The notes under the pieces were generated by a model that saw only the letters and a program-made list of their open reading frames with translations, was not told the origin of the DNA and did not search any database. A program made the position numbers and the translations under genes. This document shows, one piece after another, positions 41,938-55,300 of a stretch of DNA of 64,000 nt (positions are counted from its first letter, which is position 1; each line of letters opens with the position of its first letter). Source of the stretch: Barthelona sp. PCE (taxonomy: Eukaryota); NCBI GenBank assembly GCA_040285745.1, contig JAUFOR010000003.1:434001-498000 (forward strand), in the 5' to 3' direction.

Positions 41938-42130
41938 TTGTGAAAAAAACGATCAGAGTGTTATGAAAAGGATACAAAAAACTATAACGTTATACTATTG
42001 AATTACAACATATTTATCCAAACATTTGAAATGAATTCTGCAATTGCACAATGTTTTGACACAATACTTTCAATGCAAAAGACTGCAAAAATGTGTTTTC
42101 TATTCTATCCCCTTTCTCCTTAAGCATACG

Positions 42131-43312
42131 ATGGAAGAGCCTCTTTATGACGAAGAAATGGGGCCCGTTATTGGCAAGTTAGACCCGGATAACCTCTCCG
42201 ACTTCTCTGACACAGAGCTTATTCCGAAAATTGAGAACGTAGTCTCATCCATGGTTGGAATATACAGAACCAAGTGCCACGAGCTACAAACCGTACCGAT
42301 TTCGGTATTCCTTGACCAGATGAATGAGCCAATCATCAATCTGAAACACTATGGTCTCAACGCACTAGATGTGGAGGCATTAACTCACGTGTTGAGTTCA
42401 GTCGAGCACATCAGCCAGATTTTCCTGGACGGAAACCATATTGGAAAGAAAGGTGCAGATTGTGTAGCTAATTTAATCCAAACTCACCCTAATCTGAATC
42501 TCATCTCCCTCTCACAATGTAACCTCCTCGATTCGGATGAGATGTCACTGAACCATACATGGCACGGTGAGCTTTCCATGCAAGAAATCATCGGGAAAGA
42601 TGGTAAAGTCAGGAAGAAGCGTCAACCCAAGCCCCTCGATAACTCATTGCTCAGGACCATTGCGACCGACACGAACCTGCAGACTGTGTGTATGAGCAGC
42701 AACGATATCACAGATCGTTTAGGGGCGTTCTTCTTCAAGAGTGCTTCTGAGAATCGATCTATCAAAGTACTTGAAATGAGCAACAATAAGTTAAGTTTCT
42801 ATACAGCTGCAGCGCTCATGGAATTCCTGGCAACAAACACATCATTGAACACACTGAATTTGCACGGGAACAATTTTGGCATTATGAATTCCATGGAGCA
42901 CATTGGAACAGGTCTGTCGAATAATTCTACCATTGAATATCTCGATTTGAGCGAAAATAACATTAAGGACGAACATGTTGTGCGCCTATTCCATCATTTG
43001 AACGGTTCAGGTACGCTTCGTGTTCTTAACTTAACTGGTAACAAATTGAAAATGGCTGATTGGAGGCCGTACGAGAACTATTTTGCCAATGGATGTCGTC
43101 TCGAAGAGTTGCAACTCAGGTACAACGAATTGTCATCACAGTCTATCAGCAACCTCATGTGTGCACTTGTGAAACACCCGGACCTCCGCCTCACTTTACT
43201 TGACCTCCGCAATGCATGCGTAGTGGGTGCAAAACTAACTGAACCTGGCCGAGAAGCGTACGATGAACTGTCTCAACTCTTTAAGATCTTGGTGGATGAC
43301 AGCATTCTTTAA
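42131..43312 (+). CDS. RNI-like leucine-rich repeat protein (LRRC74-like)
   Basis: INLKHYGLNALDVEAL and repeated L.L..N.I/L motifs. Start MEEPLY. Confidence 0.75.
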   Translation: MEEPLYDEEMGPVIGKLDPDNLSDFSDTELIPKIENVVSSMVGIYRTKCHELQTVPISVFLDQMNEPIINLKHYGLNALDVEALTHVLSSVEHISQIFLDGNHIGKKGADCVANLIQTHPNLNLISLSQCNLLDSDEMSLNHTWHGELSMQEIIGKDGKVRKKRQPKPLDNSLLRTIATDTNLQTVCMSSNDITDRLGAFFFKSASENRSIKVLEMSNNKLSFYTAAALMEFLATNTSLNTLNLHGNNFGIMNSMEHIGTGLSNNSTIEYLDLSENNIKDEHVVRLFHHLNGSGTLRVLNLTGNKLKMADWRPYENYFANGCRLEELQLRYNELSSQSISNLMCALVKHPDLRLTLLDLRNACVVGAKLTEPGREAYDELSQLFKILVDDSIL

Positions 43313-43321
43313 AAAAATAGA

Positions 43322-43333
43322 TGTAAATTTACA
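43322..43333. terminator. Palindromic TGTAAATTTACA, candidate shared poly(A) signal between convergent genes
   Basis: Perfect 12-bp palindrome centred in the 32-nt gap between the LRR and dynein stop codons, giving TGTAAA on both strands. Confidence 0.45.
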
Positions 43334-43344
43334 ACATTATAGAT

Positions 43345-46300
43345 TTATGATGTGTTGAGCACAAGAGCTACACTCTGTAGAATCCAGAATGACTCATGCT
43401 CCTGCGTAGGCAGATAAGCTTCGAAGACAAGACCCTCACCCATAGCGTTACGACGGTCACTTGTGAAGTAAACAGGGGTGTGGAAACTATTAGTAATCTC
43501 GAGACGGGCACGGTGTGCCTCAATCGGCACAATATGCACAATAGGAATCTCAGTAATGAGTTCCTTATGCTCTTGAGGGCGAAGCTGGTGTGTGTCCATG
43601 TCCCAGCCTGCTCCTTCAAGATACAGTCCAGTGATATAACATCCATCAGCAGGACGCTGGTGAATTGTTGAGGGATCTCTGACATCGAGGATACGAGATA
43701 CGAGAGTTGTGTGATCAAGGGCCCACTCATTGCGACGACAGGTTGTCTGAACGAGCGCAGTGAGATATGACTCGGGAACGTGAAGTCCAGAGAGCCACAT
43801 GACAATGGGCTCCTCCTCGATCCACTCAATGTATTGCTTGTGTCTACGATGGAAGTGCTGGATCCAACCACCAAGAGCCTTTCTGGTGGGTGGTGCCTGC
43901 TTCTTCCAAAGTTCTGGAATCTGACCAGCTTCAAGCGCACGAAGAATGCTGTCGAGCTCTATTGACATACCGACCTCACCACGCATGGCACGGAGAAGTT
44001 CATTAAGAGATTTATCGATTAAAGTACACAGCACGTTGAAGCGCTCGAGTTCCTGGAGCAGCACAATCTGCGTAGGAGTTGGTACATCATCGATGTTCTC
44101 CTTCCTGATGAGAGGAATATCGAACGGATCAGGTAGAGCCTTGAGGATATCTGTGATGATACGCATGGCGTAATCGAGAGAATCTCCCTTGCCCTTTGAC
44201 ACTTCACGCGGCTGTAACTCGATCATGTTAAGGAACAGTGAGCGTGTACAGTCCTTGTTATACTGGATTTCAGCATTAGGGTGAAGACCCAAGAGGGCAG
44301 GTTTGTCGAAGAGAGGCAGTTTCTCAACGAAGCCAATGTAATCCTTCTGCTTTTCGGCTTCAGGAAGAACATAGGCAAAGTCATCGTCCTTATAGAAGTG
44401 GAACGTCTGGAAATCGTCAAAGAGGAACTCACCCATATACTCCTTGAGATAACAATTGAGGATTCGACGATCCCAGTCGTCGGATACACGACCACCGTAC
44501 ATAGCCTCACCGATGAGGTAACGGAGTGTGGACCATGGAATCTCTCCATCGTTATCTTGCTGTGCCAGGTTGAGGTAAGTGGCGAGCAGTGTGAGTGACA
44601 CCATAAAGTCAGACTCGGTGAACTCGTATGATACGTTCCATCCAATCTTACCGTACTTCTTACGTTCCTGAATAACAGAGTGGAAGAATGCAACGGTGTA
44701 AATAAGATCGTGATAGCGACCGTGATCTGAAAGATCATAAGTCTCATCGGAAACACGGGCATAGTTGTTAAGGATGTTGGGCATGAGACCGTTTGGTGGC
44801 TCTGTAACAACCTTGACTGAGCGTTGGAGGATACCGAGAGGGAAATCCTTGATGGGAGAAGTGGTGAGGAAGAGACGGAACTCCTTATGAACACCACCCT
44901 TCTTATCATCACCGCCTTCAACCAAGACATCCTCTAGCAATTTCTCAAAGCGCTTGAGCCAGCTACGGAGCAAGTGACAGTTCTGAAGAAGAATCCAATG
45001 ACCACGTTGGGCACCAGTGCGCACCATTTGTTCTGCAATGACGTCTTGTCCCTGACCAAGTGAGAGGGACTTGTAACGTCCAGACTGGATAAGACCAGCC
45101 TTGAATGCTAGTTTCTCGACCTCAGACGCGGGGTCAGCACCGGGGGAAAGGATGAAGACAACAGGTGAGATTGAGTCACTGGCGTTCAGAACCCTTTGGT
45201 AAGTCAGAACAGGTGGGTTGACGAAACGCTCACCCATCTTGCTCATGATATAAAGAGATACTGCCTGTGTGATACGGTCGTGACGGACGCATCTCAACAA
45301 ACAGAGCTTCTCAAAACCTTCAAGCTCGCTGTAGGTACCAGGAGCGGGAATACGTTCAGGTTCCTGAAGCTTAGACCACTCCAAGAACTCCTCAGAGCGA
45401 ACAATAACCTGCAGATCAATAAAGACAGGGCTGAGTGTGGTGAGGAGTGTGATGTCCTTCCATTGTTGTGTGGTGTAACCAAGCTCAACAATGTCGTTGG
45501 GCACATCAATTTCTGATAGTGACAGGTTACCCTTGAGGAAGAAACTTAAAAGATTCGGGTCAATCTCCTCCTTAAAGATCTGAACGCACATTGAGAAAGC
45601 AAACAGAAGTTTGTGAGTTGTAAAGAGACCAAGGCAAGCATACTCAAATATGAGGTATGTAACGGTTTCCTGAATGGCTTCAAGTCTCTCAAGAACACTC
45701 AGACCAACAGCAGGTGCATCGGTGAACGACTGCTTGAAAACCTGAAGGAAAGATGCCAATGAGTACTCGTACATATTAGAAATAAGGTTGAGGTTGAATA
45801 GGGCGAAGAAAAGAATCGTACCACGGCGGGATACTGGCTCATAAACCATACGCGCCTTCTCAATAGATTCTCTAGTCTTGTCGGCGGTCTTGAGTGACTC
45901 AGTGACCTCTCTGACGTTCTTCTTGATACCTCTAAGTGTCTCAATAAGTTCGTAGTTCTTGAGCAAGTTGCCGCTTGCGTTGTTAAGCAAACGAAGAATC
46001 ATAATTTCAAAATCATGAAGGGATTGCTTATTCTTCGAGATAGTCTGGATAAGCTTCAGACGCTCCTCCTCAAGGAAGCGCTTCTCATGCTGGATAGTTA
46101 CGTTCAGCAACTGTTCATTGAGACCGTCCTGAGACAGGTTGAAGTTAACGAGCTGAAGTTTCGTCTGGATATCACTGGAGAAGTTTGGATTGGCAATCTT
46201 ACAAGAGAAGAAGATGCGGAAGTTGACATCAAGTGTGATCACCTTATCGTTGAACACGATATCATTAGAATTCTTGGACTGTGAGTCAAAGACACTCATG

Positions 46301-49300
46301 AGAAGGGGATCGAGCCACTCATCGATGTTCTCAAAAAGGAACGGAATACCAAAGGACATTGCGTTCTCCAGATCACGCTGCCACTTGGGATTCTCAAAGG
46401 AAGAAATCTTGAGACCATCAGCTCCGAAATATGACTTCAGGAACTTGGACGCCTGCAAGTGGGGATCAATGAGACCGATACCAAGCTTAGGTGATTTAAG
46501 GGTGATGATTGCGTTCTGCACGTTGAATGTATCATTGGGTAGACCTTGGGCGACCCAGTTCGATACTTCAATGTCACTACTCTCAAATGCTTCGATTCTC
46601 CAATCCGAATTAGTATTCGTCTTGGTGCCAGGGCGTGAGAACGGAATGCCTCTACGGATGAGATCATCAACACATCCCTTCATGAGCTTGGCTCTGTATT
46701 GTAAATCAAAGGGAGCAAGGTACGACATGAAGAGAGAAATAAGCAGTGCGTTACCAGGAATCTCCGATGTCTGAACCAACAGTTGCTCCTTCTTCTCTGC
46801 CCAACGAACTTCTTCGTCGCCGAGACCACCAAGTAGTTCTTCAGCAGCCTCGAGCTGAGCTTCTTGATCAGCAACGATCTTTGCCAGCTCCTTCTCTTCC
46901 TTCTTCTTGATTGTGAACTCAGCATTGAGACGTTCAGTGGTCTCCTTTAGCTCGCGGATCTCGTTCTTGATGAGATCAAGATCAGACTGGAGCTTTGATA
47001 GACGCTTTTCAGCCTCACGGACTGCTCGCTGTTTAGGCTCGACGGTTCTGAATGTGAGGTAGAAATGTACGTTACCACTGACGAACTTCCACAGCTTGAG
47101 CGCGGCACGTGAGACCGTCTTGAGACGAGCCTCGTTAATGTCTGCCTTTTTCAAAATTTTCTGGATCTGCTTGATATTATCGTGTCTGAACCTTGTCTGA
47201 TCAATGTTTTCGAGCTCAAGCTTCAAGTTTGCGTTAGCAAGAATACTCTGAATGGATGACCATGATGTATCACGGTGACCCATTAGGAGAGCAACTGTTG
47301 CAAGAACTGCACGAACCTGCTCTGTGGGTGCCTTAAGAGCACGTGCTTCCATAATCTCCTGACGAGAAAGACCTGCAAGAGTATCCTTAGCAGCCTCAAG
47401 GGCAGGGAGGGCGGCGTTAAGAGCAGCCTCAGCCTCAGCCTTGTCGATAGAAATACGCTCATGCTCAATGTGTAACTCCTTTTCTTTTTCTTGGGCAATT
47501 TCCTGCTTCTCAGCAGTGATACCCTGCATTTCTTTAATCTGTTTAAGAAGTTCTTCATTTTCACCCTGTTTCTGCACAATTTGCTTATGCTTTTCAACAA
47601 GAGCTTCCGACATGATACCGACTTCATTACGAGCTGACGAGATCTTAGAAAGACCTTCATCAAGACGCTCAATTGAACGCTTATATTCGCTCTCAAGAGA
47701 TGCACACTTTGAAATGTAAAGATGCAAGAAATCGAGGAAATTGCTGGGTGAAACAAATACAGAACGCTTCTGACTCACAAAGATATCTTGAGCCTTGGCA
47801 CAGACTTCCTCATGCAAATGACAGATTTCGTCAGTGATATCGATCAAGTACTTCTGATCGATATCAATGGATTGCAACTGTGCAGATGCAACACTGAAAA
47901 GTGCCTCCTTTGACCAAGAGTCGTACCAATCAATGACTGTGTTCGACAAAAGACCTGGGAATGACTGACAGCGATGACGCAGCACCTCCTTATTGAAAGA
48001 GAAACACAGCACAATGTGTAAGTTATCACGACACTTGTTCACAAAGTAGTTCCAACAGTTCTCCTTGGTGTCGATCAAACCAAGGTTCTTCACCTCAGAA
48101 CGGACACCATCAATGATCTTCAGCTTTTCTTCCGGTGGGAAGAGTGCTGGAACCATACCAGTTGTCAAGAGGTTGTTAATAAACTCAAGGAATGATTCAT
48201 CAACAACATGTGCATCAGTAAAGAGGAAGACAATCTTCTTATTCTCAAGACCAAGACGCAAAAACATAGCTGCAAGATCTTCTCTGAACTGCAGTTCATC
48301 ATAATTCTTACTGAGTGTAATCTCAAAAAGTTCCATACGCGCAATATAAGCTGCGAAACGAGTTAGTGTCTTCTTTCCAGAACCACCAACACCCATCAGC
48401 AACGCGTTACCACGTGGCATCTGAATGATACGGAGCAGTGATGCGAGGTGACGGAGACACTCATCGAAAAGAATGATGGGCAGCTTGTGTGCCTTGTTCT
48501 TCATGTTATGTGTCTCCAAGTATTGTGCAGCAACGGTCTTAAGCTCGTCAAATGAGTCGACGGGCTCATACAAATCAGGCATCATACGCTCGCCCATCTC
48601 ATCGATGGACATAAAATCGCAGTAAAGAAGCTCCTTATTGCGAATAACGCTTTCAATATCAATGCGGTGCTGGTTGTCGCCCTTCTTATAGATGAACGAA
48701 TCAAAGTTACTGCTGACGTACTCCTTAATCTTTGTTTCAATATTCTTGCGTTCAGATTCCTCAATGAGCTTATCGTGGAAAATACGCATGGCTTCGTGCA
48801 TCCACAACTGTAAAAGACCTTCAGGCTTACCGAACTTTTCGGGTGTAGACAGTAAAAGACCTTCAAATACACGTGAAATATCACGGAGATTAAAAGTGTA
48901 GTGGAATTTAGCAGGGGTGGGACTGAGCGAAGTGACAACGTAATCATAAAGATCAAGTTGCGTCTGAACGATACCCTTCGTCAAAGTCTGGAATTCATCA
49001 GGGAATGCGTCCAAGTGATGAGAGAGGATGCTATCATAAATGTGACGAAGTGAGTCACCAGTGGAGGAGAGCACATTGATGAAACAGAAGTGTGAAACAA
49101 AACGCTCATCAACGTTGTTACGACCACCTTTAGGTGATGTCATGGCAGAAATGAAACGCAAATCTTTGAGTGTCATCCATGAGCGGGACTCAACGCGCTG
49201 GTACATACCTGAGTATTCGAGGATCTGTTTGAGTAGCGCAATGGGTTGCTGAGTACCGTAAATATCAATTCGGGGCATGTTGACGTCATCCAAGAATACA

Positions 49301-52300
49301 TTCAGAACCTTACCATAAGGAGGACCATAAATATTTGATGATCTTGAATCAATGTTCTCTTCTAGCGTACGTTGGATATCAAGAGATGTAGTACGTGCAG
49401 AGAAATTAAATTGTAACAACTGTGTCTTATCCGGATCGTTGAGGGCTGGATCCATCAGGAATTTCTGGATGGTGACGGTTTTTGCTGTACCTGAATCACC
49501 AATAACCAAGAAAGGACTGTTTGGTGACATTGTCTGAATGAGATATGAAAGACAAACCGTCTCCTTGTTGGGTACAAGGATCTCAGAGAATTTACCGCTC
49601 TTTGGAGGAACGTATTCACTGACCTTGTTGTTCCAATGTGTCCAGTAGCATTCGTTAACGTTAAGTGGATCGAAAACAAACACAAAATCAAACAGTGTAT
49701 CTGCATCACTGTGAGGGAGATCACCGACGCTAACACGACCTCCTGCGGCCTTGATAAGTGAACGACCGGAGAGAGCCTTGATATGCTGATCCAACTGACC
49801 GCGGTAGTCTGGCTCGAGGAGAGCACCAATAGACCAAACGAGACAGAAGAGGAAGATGGACTCGACAACGTCGCTTTCCAAGCTTACCTTCTCATCCAAG
49901 TTCTCGGTAGCAGCCAAAAACTGATCGAAGAAGGTATCAAACATAATTGTAAGCTGCTTGATGAGATTAACATCGGTTGAAGGGATGGCAGTCTTGGGGA
50001 CCTCGCTGTACACACCGTTCCAAACACCTGTAAACATCCACTCGATAAGCTTACGTACATAACGAACGAAGAGATCAAAGACCATTGGCCTGTAATCTTC
50101 AGGAAGATGTGAAAGCCATGTTTGGAAGAAGGGTTCGTAACGAAGATCCTTGGGATCAACCCACACCATACCACAACGTGAAACAGTAGCGGGAGATGCG
50201 TAGTTAAGGTTGGAAACTTCAAAGAGAAGTGAACAATATTGTTTGAGGTTGATAGACTCATTGTTAGGCAACGTTAAGAGTCTATTGTCGTCCATGACAG
50301 AGTTCATTGACTCAATCCAAATGGTATCGACATCACCATCAAATACAATATAACGACGCTCGTTCTTACCCTCAGGTAGAGGCTGGTTGATAACACGGAA
50401 AATGTTGGATAGAAGACCATCGGTCCAGTCACGTGTGGCAGGATCCAGAACACCATACAGCTCGTGTACTTCTTGAGCCTTGGGGTTGAGAACATAAAGT
50501 CTTGTGGGTAGTCCCATCGAAGTCTGGGCCTTTGAAAGCGTGTTGATAACGACAGATTTACCACCACATGTAGGTCCTACAACCATAGTCGCGTGACGGG
50601 TCATCATTGTCTCATATAGCTGGACGATCTTATCAACCTGTTTCTCAAGAACTTGATAGTTACTCTTGGTGAGTTGTTCTTCAACTGCAGCAACGAAATC
50701 AGGATAACGCTGCTGAGGAATACGAACGTTGGGGAAAAGATCATTAACGAGACCAAGGAAAAGAGGTACATCGTCATAGATGAACTTGGGAAGGTTAGCA
50801 TCACGAAGCGCTCTCATTAATAGGAGTTCTTCAGGCAGATTATCCGGGTTGTTACGTTTAAACTTACCAGCCATAACAAGAACTGACTTAAGAGCACGAA
50901 GACCGAAATCATAGTGCTTCTGCTTTGAAAGCTGCTCCTTTGAGAGTTTATACAAAACAACCATCTTCCTCGAAAGAAGTTTGGCTGTCTGGAAACCCTC
51001 AGAGTAAAGCATAATCTCACAGATAAGATCGAGATCAGGAACAACCATGACTACCGGACGGAACTGAGCCTTCAGGTTATCAGGCAGTTCTGTACGACCG
51101 GCGTAACCGGGGTTCATGGTAATAAAGATACCAACAGTGTTTCTGAGTTTAATCTCAACGTTCTCGAATTGGAAAGAATCAACACGATTACGAAGAGCAC
51201 GCTGGATAGTTCTGATCTGCGTTGATACGACGGAAAGAACTTCAGGCTTGATACGGTTGAACTCATCGAAACAACCAAATGCACCGACTGAACAAAGACC
51301 GGAGAAAGTTCGGCCAAGCGCAGTGGTATCAAGACCATCAGAAGCGTTGATGACACGGAAAGGACGCCAAAGACTCTTTGCAAGATCCTTGACAGTCTCT
51401 GTCTTACCAGTACCGGCAGGACCAGCGGGGGAACCACCAAGGCAAAGCTCAAGAGCCTGTGTGAGTGTCATGTAACAACGATCAGTAAGTGGTGTGATGA
51501 CCAAACGAGATGGGATGCCCATGTACTCATAGTCAAAGGGGAGAACACCATTACATTGACGCGCTTCAACAATCTTTGTGCTATTATTGAAATAGAATCT
51601 TAATTGACTCTCCCAAGCGAAATCGTTGACTTCAATGATGGAATCTCTAATGAAATTCTCGAGGATACCCTTGGAGTGAACCTTAAGGATAGTAAGAGTG
51701 TTGAGCTTCTTACGTAACTGTTTGTTCTTTGTCGTAGACATAGTGTCAACAACATAAGTAAGTTCAGCTGCGAGGGAGTTGTTGAGATCCTTCATAACAT
51801 TCTTGTTACCCTGCTTGAACTGTTCGAAACAATCCTCAATCAGGAAAGTGAAGTAAATCTCAGACACAGAGCAGATGACCTGACCAAGTGTCTTCTCGTA
51901 CCACTTAATCACCTTCTTCTGATCATCGTTTGTGGAAAGATAATCCCAAAGTGAGACAGCAGTCTGTCTCTTGAGAGATTGACGCATCATCTTCACGACG
52001 CTAGTGAACCAAATCTCAACAGAAGTGTTGTCTTGCAATAGAATAGGCTCTTCAAAGAGGAGCTCTTCCTTTTGAGAAGACATGAGACCCTGGATCTTCT
52101 TAACACCCTGTGGAACAATCAAATGATCAGCACCCTGACAAATCTTGATGACGTGGTGCTGAATATCACTAATCTCGCTTGTACCGAGCATGGAAAGAAG
52201 TTCATCATCTGAGATGAAATAGAAACGGGGGAAAAGCTGACGCTTGGAGTTCAGGTAATTAGTCAATGACTTCTGACACTCTTCAAGTGATTTAAGTAAC

Positions 52301-55300
52301 TTGGTGAGTACTTCAAGACGCTCAGGCTTAAGACAGTTCTTCAGAACATTAGGTTCCTTCTCAGCTTCGAGCATAACTTGCTTGAAAGTCTGATCAACAG
52401 TCTCAAAAACTTTGGTTTCCTTTGGCAATTGAGAACGGATATCCTCCGAATCAAGATAAATTGCCTCCAGATAAATCCATTTCATTTGAACCTTGAGCCA
52501 GATGTCAACCAATTGATCGATGCTACTGAGATAGCGTTCCCATTTCTGCACATCATTCAAGAAATTTGAAATATACTTGGAGCCCTGCAATGACTGGAGA
52601 ACACCAAGGTTATCTTCAAGAATCTCTTGGATTTGATCGATATCCTTAAGTACACTTCCCTTGATCTGATCGTTCTTTGTGTAAATACTGAATTTAAAAT
52701 CGAGGATACTCCAATGATCATTGATATCACGGAGTGAGATTTCAATTTGCAGTTCACGGTTAGCAAGAATGGAAATATCACTAATCTCCTTCTCGTACTT
52801 GAAAAGAGAGAGGGAGTAGATTGCCTGTAATGTGAGCTCATCTTCATCGAAAGTAGACTTGGTGAGGTCACTGAGCATCTTAAAGTGACGAGGACGCAGT
52901 GAAGGTGACTTGAGAATCTCAAGAATAGGTATGAGCTTCTGGTAATCCTTGAACATGGTTGAGAATAAACGGAAATTCTTGAAGTTGGTGAAATTCTTCT
53001 TCTTAGCTTCAACCTTAAAGACCTTAAAGTTACGATCGAGGAAATCACTGAAGACTTCAACACTGAGTTCCTTAAAGGTTAACGATTGGTAACCCTCTAG
53101 TTCGCGTTGGAACTTCTCGAAGAACTCAAAGAGATGATTGAGTAGATTCATATTTTTGTTGATATATGAAAGATCCTCGAATGATTTAAGAGGGAGACTG
53201 AAAAGTCTGATTGAATAAATCAAATCTTCTCTTGTTTCATTGAGAGTGATGAGATCAGACTTGAATGCCAAATAGACCTTATAGTTCTGAAAGATATCGT
53301 TGTGGATATCAGGACCTTTTGTCATGAAGAATTCACGTTCGCTCTTCAACTGAACAACGAAATCATCAATGCGACGCTCTGTCTCATTGGTGAATTTAGC
53401 CTTCAGCTCACTCAGTGAACGTTCGACAGTCTTACCGAGATCGAGCAATGATTCCCATGTAGCCTGAAGCGTTTGAACATGATTCAATTCTTCATCAGCA
53501 ATTCCAAAGTTATAATACTTCAAAAGATGGAAATATTCCTCAATCTCCTTAATTAATTCCTCGACAATGAGGTTCTCCTTAGACAAAGAGTCAAGGGTCT
53601 TGAGTAAACTCTTGAGACTAGCAATATTGTCAACAGGATTTTCGATCTTGGTCTTGTACATGGTGTGCTTACCGAGCACCTTGTTGAGTTGCTCCTGTGC
53701 GTGTTCGTGGATAATACCGCAGATGGTCATCTTAATATCTTTGCTCAACTGGGATATAACATCCTTAATAGCTGAGCAGTCGATGAGTAAGAACTGACAA
53801 CGAATGAAATCATGCATGGAAAGAACTTCTGCCTCTGCCTTCACATATGTGTTTAAGATGTGATAAAGAGCCTGGAAGTTAACTTCACGCTCAATTCTGT
53901 TCTTGAGTGAAGTTGAAATATCGGTCGAGTTGAACGACCAAACACGCTCATAACGATACCATTGACGCTCAAACTTCTTGAGTTTGAGAAGAACACCATC
54001 AAGACGAACGTTAAACATTTCAGTAAACTGCTTGACGATGGGGGTTTTCACAATATCAGTGTAGAAGGAGTACTTAAAGTAGCCTTCTTCTTCATTCTCA
54101 AATACCCTGACTGGAGAGCATGAATTTCTCATCCAACGAGGAATGCATCTGAAGCAATCAAAGAGAACCTGAAGAACACGTCCACTGTACTTGATGAAAT
54201 CACTCCAGTTGGGGGAGAAAATAACATCAGGAGGTTGGAACACTGTGGAGATCTTGAAGCTAGGCCTCTTTGCGAGGAAGATCTTATCTAAGTTCTTGAG
54301 TGAGACCTTGAGACACTTGACCAGGGCATCAAACACCTTCTTCTCACTATAGCTGTACAATTTGAGAAGTGCACTGTTTGATCCTGATGTGATACCAAAC
54401 AGGAGGTTTTCTATCTTGACGAGACACTCACTTATTTGGTTGTAATATGGGAGAATCTTGTTGAGGTTTTCAACTGATTCGAATTGTAATTGTTCGGCAA
54501 ACTCTTGAATATCAATGAGATTGCCAAAGTAATCACGTGTATAAGTAAAATTACTGTTCTCTGCTGTTGCATCAACGGATCTGCTGCTGAGCAATGCGAT
54601 TCCCTCAATATTTGTTAGTGAAACATCAATGTCAGTGAGGAAGCGCTTGAGAGAAGTAATAACAGACTGGAAGTTCTTAACGTCCTCCCTTAAATCCTTG
54701 AGTAATGAATATACCGAAAGTGAGTTCCAGTTTGTCTCTGACTGGTAAAAACGACTGAACTTCTTATCGAGAACTTTAAGACGATTGGCGACGAGAGTTA
54801 GTTCAAGCTCCGAGAGTGAATCAATGAGCGTGTCATAACCTGCAAGGAACTGTTCCATTTCATTCTTAAGACTGATGTACTTCGAATGCTGAAGACAACA
54901 ATTGGATACAGTCTCGTTGATGGGATAGGGTACCTTTGCGTCGAGCATCTTTCCTTCCTCAATGATAAGCTGCAATTCTTTGCTGAAAACAACTTCATAT
55001 TTGGACACAGAAAGTTCGTCTGTCACTTGATGGATGACGCGCTTAACAATAGGTTGTTTCAGTAAAGAGAGAGCCTTGAGAGCTGAAGAAGAGTTCCATT
55101 CTTCGAAACGACGAATTTCTTCGTCTCTAATAAGCTTAGCAACCTCAAAATAACGATGTTTGACTTCAACACCGACTGTCTCACTCTCCAAATTAGGGAA
55201 ATGCTTCTTGAAGACAAGGAAAGGTTTTTTCAGCTTCTGGAAAAGTGAACGTTCCCATTGCAAGAAGCCTGCCAATGGAGGGAAACGTTTTGGGATCGGA

